DNA of 64,000 bases from a virus (Duplodnaviria > Heunggongvirae > Uroviricota > Caudoviricetes), in the IMG/VR virus record IMGVR_UViG_3300021963_000042, positions 1 to 64,000 of that record; one strand, written 5' to 3'. The notes beneath the pieces are model-generated. The model saw nothing but the letters and a program-made list of their open reading frames with translations, was not told where the DNA came from and searched no databases. This document shows positions 37,988 to 48,425 of this stretch, piece by piece. The first letter of the stretch is position 1, and the number at the start of each line of letters is the position of its first letter. Made by a program: the position numbers and the translations under genes.

Positions 37988-38956
37988 TTACTTGTTAAAG
38001 TTAAGTGCGGATAGGTACTTTGCCATTGTAGGATCAATTTTCTTGTCCTCAGTCAAAGTCTCTACTGGTGCATCAGTAACTACAGATTTAACATCTGCTT
38101 GTGCCTTAGTAGTGAAGTAGTTTTCACGAATAGTTTGTACTTTAGATTTGAAAGTATCAACATCTTCGTAAGAAAGTTCTTCGGCTAGACCCTTTAGTTT
38201 TTCAACTTCAGTGTCGCTCAAACCTTCACATGCTTCATCGATTACTTGACCACGCTTCATTTCGTTGATGGATTTCGCCATTTCAACATTAGAAGCAAGT
38301 TGTTCATCTAGTTTAGCTTGAAGTTCAGCAACTTGGTTTTCCATAGACTCAACTACATCGAATTTTTCTTCTGGAATATCGATATAGTGTTCTTCGAAAA
38401 GACCTTTAAGTCCGTTAACGAAACCTTCAACGATTTCAGACTTCATACCATGCTCAAGGGCAATTTCATTTTGTGCAATCCACTGCTCGACAACGTAGTC
38501 GAGATATCCATCAACTTTTTCAACAAGACCCTCTTGATTCTTCGCTACAGCTTCTTCTAGCTTAGCATTGAATTCTTCTTCGATACGTGCAACTTCTTCG
38601 TTAACACGTGTCATGACAGCAGCTTCAAAAATAGTGGTAGCTTTAGTACGGAACTCTTCAGAGAGTTCTTCACCATTCATAAGTGCGTCGATATCTTCTT
38701 TAATTTTACCAGCGATGTGAGATGCTTCTGGAGCTTCTTCATCTTGGTTTACTTTGTTCTTTGTCTTAGATGTACCACCTTCAGCAGCTTTGGAAGTAAC
38801 AGCATTGTTACGATCAGAGTCTGGATTCATTGGTGCATTTGTTGGCTTAACTGCTTCTTCAGCAATTTCGTCCTCAACGATTTCTTCTACTTGCTCAGAT
38901 AATTGAGCAGCTTTAGATTCGGCGAGAAGTTCTGCGATTTTTTGTTCGATTGACAT
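37988..38956 (-). CDS. 22: prohead core scaffold protein gp22
   Basis: 322 aa, Glu/Ala/Lys-rich coiled coil. Synteny 21-22-23. Confidence 0.65.
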   Translation of the reverse strand: MSIEQKIAELLAESKAAQLSEQVEEIVEDEIAEEAVKPTNAPMNPDSDRNNAVTSKAAEGGTSKTKNKVNQDEEAPEASHIAGKIKEDIDALMNGEELSEEFRTKATTIFEAAVMTRVNEEVARIEEEFNAKLEEAVAKNQEGLVEKVDGYLDYVVEQWIAQNEIALEHGMKSEIVEGFVNGLKGLFEEHYIDIPEEKFDVVESMENQVAELQAKLDEQLASNVEMAKSINEMKRGQVIDEACEGLSDTEVEKLKGLAEELSYEDVDTFKSKVQTIRENYFTTKAQADVKSVVTDAPVETLTEDKKIDPTMAKYLSALNFNK

Positions 38957-38999
38957 CGGGTTCTCCTAACTGGAATAGTTCTATGTAATTATTTATTAT

Positions 39000-39656
39000 T
39001 TATCTGATTTTACTCAGGAAATTTTGGAAAGCGACTAATTTCGCTTCTTGTAAATGCTTTGAAGGAGCTTTTCTAATAATAGCTTTAGCTTCTTCAATAT
39101 GTTTTTCCACAAACTTTCCATCGACAAATACCCATTCTTTATTCTCCATAATCCCACGAACGTAGGCATCTGGAGCAGAAGGGTCGGCAACGATGTCAGC
39201 TGCAGTAGACAGCATAAAATCGTCTTGAACAATTTGGACGCCTTCTTTATTCATCTGAAGAGATCCAAGTGCTCGACTAGAAACACCAAGGTTTGCGCCA
39301 CCGTCTAATAGACCACGTGCAATATTACCCATTGGAGTTTCAAGAATTTTTGCCTTACCAATATAATTTGTACCTTCTTTGCGAAGGTCAACGATAAGAT
39401 GAGAAACACGATCTAAGTTAATAGAAGGTGTATCTGGATGACCAAGTTCACCGTAAGCACGATTCTGCTTAACGTATGATTCCATGTAACGACCGACTTC
39501 CTTGTCCATGATACTTTCTTTGTACATGCGGTTGTTGCGGTTTGTAATTTCTGATTGAAGGAAGATACCTTCAATAAAATATTGTTTACCCTTACCTAGT
39601 TTATCTTCAACGATGAACTTGGTTTCGTGGGTTAAGTCTTCTCTAATGAGTTTCAT
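39000..39656 (-). CDS. 21: prohead core protease gp21
   Basis: 218 aa with GELGHPDTP and Ser motifs. Located between 20 and 22. Confidence 0.7.
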   Translation of the reverse strand: MKLIREDLTHETKFIVEDKLGKGKQYFIEGIFLQSEITNRNNRMYKESIMDKEVGRYMESYVKQNRAYGELGHPDTPSINLDRVSHLIVDLRKEGTNYIGKAKILETPMGNIARGLLDGGANLGVSSRALGSLQMNKEGVQIVQDDFMLSTAADIVADPSAPDAYVRGIMENKEWVFVDGKFVEKHIEEAKAIIRKAPSKHLQEAKLVAFQNFLSKIR

Positions 39657-39659
39657 TGA

Positions 39660-40085
39660 TTAGCTCCCTACTGCAGATGTATTATCATAAGAACCAAACT
39701 GAGCACTCTCAACTTTAGTTGCATAACCAGAAACTTTACGAAGAATTAAAATGATATGACCTTCAGCGCCAGCAATACCTACAACAATGTCTTTATCATT
39801 TTGAGTGCTATCTCTAAATCCTTGACCTTCAAAATCGAAGATCGCACTGTTTTCACCAGCAAAAGCCCATACTGGAACAGAGTTGCGAACAACAGTGATT
39901 GCAGAAGTTAATAGACCAGAAGTCACACAGCAAGTAATGTCAACCTTCTGAGTAGCGCCATCCAATGCTTGAGTAGCAGCTAAACAATCAGTTGCTAGAG
40001 AAATTGTAGCAGTGCCAGCAGTACCAGAAACCTTAACGATAGTTTCTTGGTTGGTGTTCTTTAAAATAGTTTTAGTAACAGCCAT
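39660..40085 (-). CDS. hypothetical head-module protein
   Basis: 141 aa between the gp68-like ORF and gp21. Confidence 0.3.
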   Translation of the reverse strand: MAVTKTILKNTNQETIVKVSGTAGTATISLATDCLAATQALDGATQKVDITCCVTSGLLTSAITVVRNSVPVWAFAGENSAIFDFEGQGFRDSTQNDKDIVVGIAGAEGHIILILRKVSGYATKVESAQFGSYDNTSAVGS

Positions 40086-40087
40086 CT

Positions 40088-40519
40088 TTATTCCTTAATT
40101 TTATTAAGCACATGAAAGAAATTGCTCTTGCTTTCTCTCATATACTCAACTATTTCTTTTTGGTTTGCCAATAAATTATTTAGTTGCTGCTGGGTTGCCT
40201 CATTAATCGCAACAATAGTATCATCGTTAAGACGATAGTGTATTTTGTTCTCGACGATCGAATCTAGTTTGTTTAGTTTTCTGATTTCTTGTGCAACTGG
40301 ATCTATATTGAAAATATTAGATGACGCTAACTCTTTATATGACTCGATTAATGTATTAGTAACTTTGATGTCTTCGTGGTATTCTTTAATGATACTTGCG
40401 ATTCGACCGTCTTCTATTGCATTATACGTATCTTTAATAATTTCTTCAAGTGTATTACTCTCAGCTAGATTGGTGCTAGCTGGAAAGTTAATAGTCTTGA
40501 CGAACTCTTTATACTTCAT
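40088..40519 (-). CDS. prohead core protein (gp68-like)
   Basis: 143 aa. Position only. Confidence 0.35.
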   Translation of the reverse strand: MKYKEFVKTINFPASTNLAESNTLEEIIKDTYNAIEDGRIASIIKEYHEDIKVTNTLIESYKELASSNIFNIDPVAQEIRKLNKLDSIVENKIHYRLNDDTIVAINEATQQQLNNLLANQKEIVEYMRESKSNFFHVLNKIKE

Positions 40520-40700
40520 CTGTAGCAGCTTCTTGTGTTTCTACTTGTGGCGTTTTAAACATATTCTGCGCAACGTCTTGACGCATTGCTTCAAGTCTAG
40601 CAGAAACCTTCTCTGCCATCGCAGCGTTAAAAGAACTATCAATCTCTACGGCATCACCCTTTACGATTGACCCAACTAATGCTTGTACTGTTTCACTCAT
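40509..40700 (-). CDS. small prohead core protein (gp67-like)
   Basis: 63 aa immediately after the portal gene. Position only. Confidence 0.35.
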   Translation of the reverse strand: MSETVQALVGSIVKGDAVEIDSSFNAAMAEKVSARLEAMRQDVAQNMFKTPQVETQEAATDEV

Positions 40701-40709
40701 AATATCTCC

Positions 40710-42281
40710 TTATTTTTCCTGATTTGGTGATTCTTCATCACCGCCAAAACCATTATCTGATAGGTGCTGTTGCTGAGCAACTTGTGTAACACCTGCTAAG
40801 TAACCTTGATTAGCAGCAAGTTCAGCTGCTTTATCTTTATCTGATTCCATCTGTTCATCCATCGTCTCAATGTCTTCATCAGTTTGACGAAGGATGTTTC
40901 TGCGAACCCAATTGCTAGAGTAATACTTACCAACGAACGGATCAACCTGCTGTAATGCTGCCAATCTCTGCAACATTAATTCGTTTTCTTTTAACTCAGC
41001 AAAGTTATTGTCTTGCTGGAAGTCATAATCGATGTATTGTTCAAGTAAGTCCCACTCTTCTGGTTTAATAATATTCTTGGCAATAAGTTGAATGCGAAGA
41101 GCACCATTAAACAGACTACAGAATTTATTGCGTAGACGCTGAATAAATTTGTTAAACTTAATTTCATCACGAGAAATTTCAGTAGAACGTCCAAGGGCAA
41201 ACCCTGTAGATGCCTCTAAGCGAGACATTGGAACATTCAATGACTGATATAACTTACGTTGGAAATATTGAATATCAGCAATATCTCCCAAATTCTGACC
41301 ACCTGGAAGTGTAGTAATTTCAGTACCCTTACCACCTTCACGACGAGGCATCCAAAAATCTTCCATCATTGAAAGATGTTTGCGATCGTCACGAGTCTCG
41401 CCAGTAGTTGCATCATAAACAATCTTATTACGGAACTTGTTCATGATATCATTGACGTACTGCTCAGCCTTCAACTTAGGAAGGTTACCAACGTCAACGT
41501 AGAACACTCTACGTTCTGGAGCACGTGAAATGCGGTAGATAACTACCGCATCTTCGATCATCTTTAACTGGTTAGTTGGCTTAATTGCTTTGTGCAAATA
41601 AGACATCATCATGCCAGTATTATGATCAACTAAACCAGAAGGAACATAAACTACAGAGTCAAGTGAAAGTTTAACACCTTGAGTCTGTGCTTCAGTAATA
41701 CCTTTGTCGTTGTAGAGATAATATTCTTCTTGATTTACAACAACATCAATACCAGCTGGCGATCTCTTCTTTTCAACATTCTTAATCTTGCGAATCTTTC
41801 TTGGATCGATATAACGCAATTCTTGAATACCCGACTTCATGTTCGCTGGGTCAATAAGAATATTGTAATAACAACGACCATCGATATACCACTGACGGAA
41901 GATATCATGACCCTTGCTATTGAAATTCAATAAACGAACTATTTCGTCAAACTCAGCACTAATTTTTTTCTTGATTGGATCAGAAAGTTTCAACTTATCT
42001 AAATCAATCTTAACTACTGGGTCATCGCTCTCAGCAATAATAGCTTCGTTTACAATGTCTTCAATTGCAGCATCGCAATCCGCATATAATGCAGTCTCAC
42101 GATAGCGACGAATTAAGTCGTTTTCATTTTTAACAATCGTGTCCAAATCCATAACCATTCCATAATAGGAAGTGGCATTCGTGGATACGACTGTAGAACC
42201 ATCGTCGGAGATCGGGGATACAACAGCCCCGATCTCTTTCTGTGGCTCTTTACGTTTAATTTCAAAACCAAACAAATTCAT
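40710..42281 (-). CDS. 20: portal vertex protein gp20
   Basis: 523 aa. Synteny 19-20-21. Confidence 0.85.
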   Translation of the reverse strand: MNLFGFEIKRKEPQKEIGAVVSPISDDGSTVVSTNATSYYGMVMDLDTIVKNENDLIRRYRETALYADCDAAIEDIVNEAIIAESDDPVVKIDLDKLKLSDPIKKKISAEFDEIVRLLNFNSKGHDIFRQWYIDGRCYYNILIDPANMKSGIQELRYIDPRKIRKIKNVEKKRSPAGIDVVVNQEEYYLYNDKGITEAQTQGVKLSLDSVVYVPSGLVDHNTGMMMSYLHKAIKPTNQLKMIEDAVVIYRISRAPERRVFYVDVGNLPKLKAEQYVNDIMNKFRNKIVYDATTGETRDDRKHLSMMEDFWMPRREGGKGTEITTLPGGQNLGDIADIQYFQRKLYQSLNVPMSRLEASTGFALGRSTEISRDEIKFNKFIQRLRNKFCSLFNGALRIQLIAKNIIKPEEWDLLEQYIDYDFQQDNNFAELKENELMLQRLAALQQVDPFVGKYYSSNWVRRNILRQTDEDIETMDEQMESDKDKAAELAANQGYLAGVTQVAQQQHLSDNGFGGDEESPNQEK

Positions 42282-42301
42282 AATAAGATTTTAACCTAAG
42301 T

Positions 42302-42898
42302 TTAAACTGCGATTGGGAATGAACCTAATCCTGGAACCGATACGCCAACATTAACTGTAGGACCAGTAGCATTAATAACATCAGATGTGAAGAAGTTGTA
42401 TTGGAACTCTACATCAAACTGTTCAATAGCGTTCTGTTGGTCATAGTCAAGAGCGATTGGACCGATTGTAGTTGGGAATGCATCAATGAATTTATAAGAC
42501 TTGATAACAGCGCCAGAACGATCTAGCTGATGTACGGACATATCGATTTGATAGTCACGTGGGTTAACTTTACCATCAGTAGTGTTATAGCTCTGGATAC
42601 CTGCTTGCCATTGTTCAAAGGCATTGCGGATACCGAAAGTAGTATCGTTATAGATGGAAATTGTCCAAGGTTGGAAAGTGCGCTCACCAGCAAAGTTTAC
42701 TGGACGACCCTTGTAAAGAACTTGAATGTTCTCGATGCTAGAGCCTGGAAGTTGAGCAGACTTACACAAAAATTGAGCACGTTGACCAGCTACGATACCA
42801 AGAGTAACGTATGATGGGAATGATAGTTCGACACGGAATTGATTAGGACGTGCACCGCCCCCAATCATTTGTGCTTTGAAGTCAGCAATATTTGCCAT
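42302..42898 (-). CDS. 19: tail tube protein gp19
   Basis: 198 aa. ARPNQFRVE and RTFQPWT match T4 gp19. Confidence 0.85.
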   Translation of the reverse strand: MANIADFKAQMIGGGARPNQFRVELSFPSYVTLGIVAGQRAQFLCKSAQLPGSSIENIQVLYKGRPVNFAGERTFQPWTISIYNDTTFGIRNAFEQWQAGIQSYNTTDGKVNPRDYQIDMSVHQLDRSGAVIKSYKFIDAFPTTIGPIALDYDQQNAIEQFDVEFQYNFFTSDVINATGPTVNVGVSVPGLGSFPIAV

Positions 42899-42931
42899 TT
42901 AAATCTCCTTATGTTCTTCTTTATTTAGCTA

Positions 42932-45109
42932 TTACGCACCGATTTCGCTGAAGTTAATACCAGAGCGAGCAGCAACGAAGTTAAGGCTAATAAAGTTAAT
43001 AGAACGTGCTGGTTTAACATAGATGTCTGCAACAAACTCGTTACGATCAATTACTTCGCCAGTGTTGTTAGAAGTATCGCACTTAACAACGAACTCAGTA
43101 ATACCACGACGACCCTGAACATCACGTAGGAATGGCTCAACTAGGTTCTTGAACTGAGCACGAGTAAAGCTGTCGTTGAATTCGAACAACTGATATTTAG
43201 CAGCAGTAGCGATAGCTTTCTCAAGAACGATGAACAGACGACGCACGTTGATGCGATCAAATGCGCTTGGCTTGCTCAATAGAGTCTTGTCACCGTAAAG
43301 AACAGTGCCTTCACCTGGGAATGTAACAACTGGGTTAACACCAGCTTTGTAGATTGTGTCACGTTCAGATCTGTCAAGAGAAACAGCAAGTTTAACTACG
43401 TTCTTGATTTGACCACGATTCAAACCACCTGGAGACCACCATGGATCGTTAGTGTTGTCAGTACGAGCGCATAGACCAGCTACGTCGCCGTTCAATGGAA
43501 CCCAACGATACTTGTCGTTGTAGCGGTCGTATTGATATTTGTAACCAGAGTCAAGAACAGCGTAAGAAGTGCTAGACAATGCATTACGGTAAGCAACGAT
43601 TTTATCGATCGCAGTAGTTTCGTTATTGTTGTTGCTAATCATGTCGCCAGTAGTTACGTCTTGTGGAGAGATGAATACAACGCAATCTTTGCGAGTTTCT
43701 GCCAATGCGATAACAGAAAGAGCAGTAGCAGCAGATGCTTTACCTAGTGGTAATAGAGAGATGTCATACAAAGACTCATCAGAGTAGATAGCCCATGCAG
43801 TTTGCAACTGACCATCAGTTACAGCGTAGTCATCAACACCACCAGTTAGGCTGTAAGTTTGGAAACCTGCAGTAGTGAATGTCTTACCAGAAGCAGTAGT
43901 ACCCCAGTTAGTGCCAGCATCTGGATGGTCAGCCCACCAGATATACTGTGAACGAGAGTTAATTACATCTTTGTAATAGTTGTTAGTTCCGTCTGGTTTC
44001 TTAGCATCAGATGCTTTAGAAACGAAAGCGAAAGTTTCTAGAGTAGAACCTGGAACACCAGTCCAAGTACCGTCTCTGTCGATAACTACAATGTGCATTT
44101 CATCGTTAGAGCCAGAAACACCAGCAGCGTAAGTAGAAGTGCTTGGAGCAGCATCAAACAAACCTTTGTAGTCCCAAGTTGCGAAGTTTAAAGAGTCGCA
44201 ATAAGAAACAGTTAGGGCATTACCCATAGATCCTGGGAACTTAGCGATCCATTCGCCAGCAACACCTTGACCATTAGCCCAGTTTAGAGTATAGTCAGAA
44301 GGGTTGTTAACGATAACACCACCGATAGTAATCGCAGCAGTTGCAGTAGCAGTAGTACCGCCAGAACCAGTTGGGTTAGCGATAGTTAGAGCTGGAGCAG
44401 AAGTGTAACCAGAACCAGCGTTAACGATAGTTAATGCAGCGATTGTAGAAGCAGTAATTGTAACAGTACCAGCAGTCGCACCAGAACCAGTTGTAGAACC
44501 GATGGTCATAGTTGGAGCAGTAGTATAGCCAGAACCAGCATTAACGATAGTTACGCCAGTAACAACGCCACCAACAATATTTGCTGTACCAGTAGCAGTA
44601 ACGCCACCTGGACGCTGAGGAGCAGAGAATGTTACAGTAGCTGCAACATAACCAGTACCGCCAGAGTTAATAGTAGCAGCAGAAACGCTACCACCAGAAA
44701 GAACTGCAGCAACTACTGCCTGAACACCACCAGCGACTTGAGGTGCGCCAACTGTAATTGTAGGAGTAGTAAGATAACCAGTACCTGCGTTAGTGATAGA
44801 AACGCCAGTAATAGAACCAGAAGTTCTAGAAACAGCATTACGTTGAGCAGATGTTGCAGCACGAGTGACCAATAGATTATTGGTATAAGATAGGAAGTTT
44901 GCTGCAGTGAAGAAAGATTGAGCAGTAGCGTCATTTGGTTTTCCGAAACGCTTAACCAATTCATTTTCAGAACTAATAGCTACTGGGGACAAAACTGGAC
45001 CCCACTGGAAAACACCAGCAAAAGCACCTGCTGTGCTAGATACTGCTGGAACGATGGAAGTTAAATCTTTTTCTGTGACTGCAACGCCAGGGCTAAGTTG
45101 GAAAGGCAT
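42932..45109 (-). CDS. 18: tail sheath protein gp18
   Basis: 725 aa. The C-terminal 300 aa align to T4 gp18 (QYDKYNDKYRWVPL...GLCARTDN, RINVRRLF, IDRNEFVADIYVKPARSINFISLNFVA). An internal domain carries four NAGSGYT..APT.TI repeats. Confidence 0.9.
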   Translation of the reverse strand: MPFQLSPGVAVTEKDLTSIVPAVSSTAGAFAGVFQWGPVLSPVAISSENELVKRFGKPNDATAQSFFTAANFLSYTNNLLVTRAATSAQRNAVSRTSGSITGVSITNAGTGYLTTPTITVGAPQVAGGVQAVVAAVLSGGSVSAATINSGGTGYVAATVTFSAPQRPGGVTATGTANIVGGVVTGVTIVNAGSGYTTAPTMTIGSTTGSGATAGTVTITASTIAALTIVNAGSGYTSAPALTIANPTGSGGTTATATAAITIGGVIVNNPSDYTLNWANGQGVAGEWIAKFPGSMGNALTVSYCDSLNFATWDYKGLFDAAPSTSTYAAGVSGSNDEMHIVVIDRDGTWTGVPGSTLETFAFVSKASDAKKPDGTNNYYKDVINSRSQYIWWADHPDAGTNWGTTASGKTFTTAGFQTYSLTGGVDDYAVTDGQLQTAWAIYSDESLYDISLLPLGKASAATALSVIALAETRKDCVVFISPQDVTTGDMISNNNNETTAIDKIVAYRNALSSTSYAVLDSGYKYQYDRYNDKYRWVPLNGDVAGLCARTDNTNDPWWSPGGLNRGQIKNVVKLAVSLDRSERDTIYKAGVNPVVTFPGEGTVLYGDKTLLSKPSAFDRINVRRLFIVLEKAIATAAKYQLFEFNDSFTRAQFKNLVEPFLRDVQGRRGITEFVVKCDTSNNTGEVIDRNEFVADIYVKPARSINFISLNFVAARSGINFSEIGA

Positions 45110-45194
45110 TGTTATTCTCCTTAATTACATGTTATTCTGTGTTTTGCTTCGAGGAGCAATTGAAAGCACTAAATTATTTATTGAAAACACGATT

Positions 45195-46775
45195 TCAAAA
45201 ATTCAAAAGTGGTTTCTCTCTTGTATCTCCATTATCAAAAAAGCCAAATGGAGTCAATTCTTCCTCCATAGCCTGTATCTTTTTCTCATACATAATCTGT
45301 CTTAGGTTCACATTATTTAGGTCTTTAAAATAGCTGGTACTTGTCATCCAACTAAACAGAACCAAAGACATGACTAAGTCATCATGATACCCTTCATCAG
45401 CCTGATAAGAAGTTCTCTTTTCAATAAAGGTAGAGATCTCGGAGATTATATCGGCATCTTGAATAATATATTTGTTCTCTTCTACGAGAGATTTAAAATT
45501 GTGACATCCAGTACGCTTGACTTTCTTATCAGTATTAACCCCAAGTTGGGTTTGTCCTCCACCAAAGCCACCTGTAATAGTTTGCATACCAGTACTTCTA
45601 TTTACAAAAACCAAGTTTTCATACTCTAGTTCATGGTGTAAAATGTATGGTACTTGTTCGCTGGAATTTATCTCAACTAGAACAAATGCCTCATTAAATT
45701 TCATTGCAACCTGATGAATTACGTTCGGGTATAGAAGTGGGCTAATATCATTCTTGCGATACTTACCGACCAATTTATATGGAATCTCAGTGATATCTGT
45801 AATGGTAAACGCTGAGTAGTCGCCACCAACACCCTTTGCAGTATCCGCAACAAGAACATAAGTATGTCCCTTAATTGGATGCTCATAAATGTCCAAGCCA
45901 TCTTTGCTAAACACTGGAACTGCAACGGACATCTTGGCAATAACATCAGCGTTAATCAGAGTCAAGCTGGAGCCAAGGAATTTACATAGAACCTCTTGGT
46001 TATACTTCAGTTCGCCGAGCATCGCTTTCTGTTCAGCAGCCCATTTCTCATCACGACCAGGAATTTCCCAGTAAGGGATAAAGCAGTTTACGAAACCATT
46101 ACGTCCATTCTCAGCATCATTCCAGAATTTCCAGAAGTGGTTATAGCCTAGCGGAGTTGAACTTAACAGAATCTTGGTTGTTTCACCAGCAGAAATAGTT
46201 GGGTAGACAGAAGTGAAGAATTCTTCGGCTACGTTGTTTGGAATAATCGCAGCTTCGTCAACATACAATAAGTTAACAGACTTACCACGAATACCAGACT
46301 TACCAGTCGCAGCAGTAAAAACTTTAGAGCCGTTCTCTAATTCGATGTCACCCTTGTTCCAAGTAGTAACACCTTGCTGCATCCACTGAGGAAGCATTTC
46401 ATACATGGTTTGGTAACGATCCAAAACTTCACGAGCAGCTGTCGCTTTGTTAGCTAGAATGGCTACGGTTTTATTAGATTGGAATAAGGTATACCAAAGA
46501 ATATAAGCTGCGGAAGTGGTCGTCTTACCCTGCTGACGACCTTCCATCAAAATAACCCTGCGGTTCTCGTGGATGATTTTTAGCTTTTTCTTCTGGCAAT
46601 CATACAGTTTAAATAACTGAAGACCATTATCTAGCGTAACGATTTGGCAATAATTCTCAACAAAGTAAATATAGTCTTCAGAACATCTAACATATTCTTG
46701 AATTTGCTCTGGAGTGAACTGGACGCTAACTCCAGCTGCCTTTAAATTCGCATTAGCATTATATACTTGTGCCAT
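45195..46775 (-). CDS. 17: terminase large subunit gp17
   Basis: 526 aa with Walker A GRQQGKT and nuclease-domain Asp residues. Confidence 0.9.
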   Translation of the reverse strand: MAQVYNANANLKAAGVSVQFTPEQIQEYVRCSEDYIYFVENYCQIVTLDNGLQLFKLYDCQKKKLKIIHENRRVILMEGRQQGKTTTSAAYILWYTLFQSNKTVAILANKATAAREVLDRYQTMYEMLPQWMQQGVTTWNKGDIELENGSKVFTAATGKSGIRGKSVNLLYVDEAAIIPNNVAEEFFTSVYPTISAGETTKILLSSTPLGYNHFWKFWNDAENGRNGFVNCFIPYWEIPGRDEKWAAEQKAMLGELKYNQEVLCKFLGSSLTLINADVIAKMSVAVPVFSKDGLDIYEHPIKGHTYVLVADTAKGVGGDYSAFTITDITEIPYKLVGKYRKNDISPLLYPNVIHQVAMKFNEAFVLVEINSSEQVPYILHHELEYENLVFVNRSTGMQTITGGFGGGQTQLGVNTDKKVKRTGCHNFKSLVEENKYIIQDADIISEISTFIEKRTSYQADEGYHDDLVMSLVLFSWMTSTSYFKDLNNVNLRQIMYEKKIQAMEEELTPFGFFDNGDTREKPLLNF

Positions 46776-46777
46776 AA

Positions 46778-47524
46778 TTAGAAATCAAATTCCCAGTTTT
46801 CTGAGTTTACTGTTGATGTAGTTACATCGCCCTCAGCTGTATAAATTCTATTCGGGTTGCTGAAGTCTTCATTCTGACCAACATTAACACCAACTTGTTT
46901 AATAATATTCTGACCACTAACTGGTCCAAACAACTGAGTCTTTAGGGTGAAGTTTAATGTGTGAGTAACAAATCTTCTTGTTTGAAAATCACCATCATAA
47001 TCATCTTGAACAGAGACGCTATTCAAAATTACTGGAACATCTACGACGATATTCATATCGTCTACAACTTTAAGTTGTATAGTATATTCAGGTGTAAATG
47101 TTGGCAGAATTTGTTCTAAGATTTGTAGTCCGTCTTCTTGAGTCTTAGATAGAATATACAGAGATATGTCTACGTTGTATGGAACTGGAGTATAAACAAA
47201 TGACATACTGTCAGAGCCTGAACCACAAGTCAACTTCTGCATTCTATTTACTTTTCTTGCAGGATCATAAGAATAGCTTGTAATCTCAAATGACATTCTT
47301 GGAAGAGAAACGTATGTGTGTCCTTCCAATGTTGGGTCAGAGTCAATTCTAACTAACCACTTTTCTTTTGGTGCGTATGCAAGAGGAACTTGCAATCTTT
47401 GTATGGTTTCCCCATTAACAGAATCGCCTTGCTTACGGTCAATATAAATGCTGCTGAACAGACGACCGAAACCTACAATCGTTTTTCTGATTATACCATG
47501 ATAATAAACATTACTGTCAAGCAT
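46778..47524 (-). CDS. 15: tail sheath stabiliser/completion protein gp15
   Basis: 248 aa. YVSLPRMSFEITSYSYDPARK and ILEQILPTFTPEY match T4 gp15. Confidence 0.7.
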   Translation of the reverse strand: MLDSNVYYHGIIRKTIVGFGRLFSSIYIDRKQGDSVNGETIQRLQVPLAYAPKEKWLVRIDSDPTLEGHTYVSLPRMSFEITSYSYDPARKVNRMQKLTCGSGSDSMSFVYTPVPYNVDISLYILSKTQEDGLQILEQILPTFTPEYTIQLKVVDDMNIVVDVPVILNSVSVQDDYDGDFQTRRFVTHTLNFTLKTQLFGPVSGQNIIKQVGVNVGQNEDFSNPNRIYTAEGDVTTSTVNSENWEFDF

Positions 47525-48423
47525 TATTTGACCTCACCGAATGGGTTGTTGTCATTAAAGAAAAAGTCTTGGCTCTCTTCTTTAAATTTATTGTTATCGC
47601 CGAATGAATCTGGTTTATCAATATTAGGTTGAACAACTGCAACTGCTTGTGCACCAGTTCCACCGCCACCACTAATAGTGACTGTTGGAGCGATTTGATA
47701 TCCTTGACCACTCTCAGTAACATCGATAGAAACGACTTGTCCGTTGGAAACTACTGCAGTAGCAGAAGCACCGAAACCTTGCGACGCTAAGAATGTTACA
47801 TCAGGTACGCTGGTATAACCAGAACCACGATGAGTTACTTCAATAGAAACAACACTTCCTGGATTGCGAGTAGTATTTGTATTGAATGTTTTAAGTGTTT
47901 CGAACGCATCTATTTCAGCGTGTCCAGTATCAATTGCTTCAGAAGCATACTGGAACAATTCAACTTGTAGTTTGTAAACATACAGTTTACCCAGCTGATA
48001 GAATGGGTCTTGGTGTTGAACGAATTTAATCTCGAACAACCCTTTAGATAGTGGGAAGTAGATTAAGTCGCCTTCGTTTGGTCTTGTAGGAATTGTTGTA
48101 ACCCCAAAGCGACCAACGAACTGTTCCCAACGTCTGCGAGCAACTACTAGAGTTGCAGACTGCTCCATCATCAAACCAAACTTCTGAATGAACGCACCCT
48201 GTCCAGCAAAGTTATCTACGTTCTCGAAGTACATCTCGATAGGGAAGGCAGACTTAAATTGTGATAGACGATCCTCACCAAGAATCTCGTCTTTGGAAAC
48301 TAATGTTCTTGGGATATACATAACCTCTTGTCCATACATACGTAGAGACTCGATGATTAGGTCTTCAATTAGGTACTGTTCATTTCGTGTACCATTAGAA
48401 AAATATACATTAGTTGTTGTCAT
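47524..48423 (-). CDS. 14: neck protein gp14-like with C-terminal repeat domain
   Basis: Position between 13 and 15. The C-terminus has two GSGYTSVPDVTF / GQGYQIAPTVTI repeats like those in gp18. Confidence 0.5.
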   Translation of the reverse strand: MTTTNVYFSNGTRNEQYLIEDLIIESLRMYGQEVMYIPRTLVSKDEILGEDRLSQFKSAFPIEMYFENVDNFAGQGAFIQKFGLMMEQSATLVVARRRWEQFVGRFGVTTIPTRPNEGDLIYFPLSKGLFEIKFVQHQDPFYQLGKLYVYKLQVELFQYASEAIDTGHAEIDAFETLKTFNTNTTRNPGSVVSIEVTHRGSGYTSVPDVTFLASQGFGASATAVVSNGQVVSIDVTESGQGYQIAPTVTISGGGGTGAQAVAVVQPNIDKPDSFGDNNKFKEESQDFFFNDNNPFGEVK

Positions 48424-48425
48424 GC

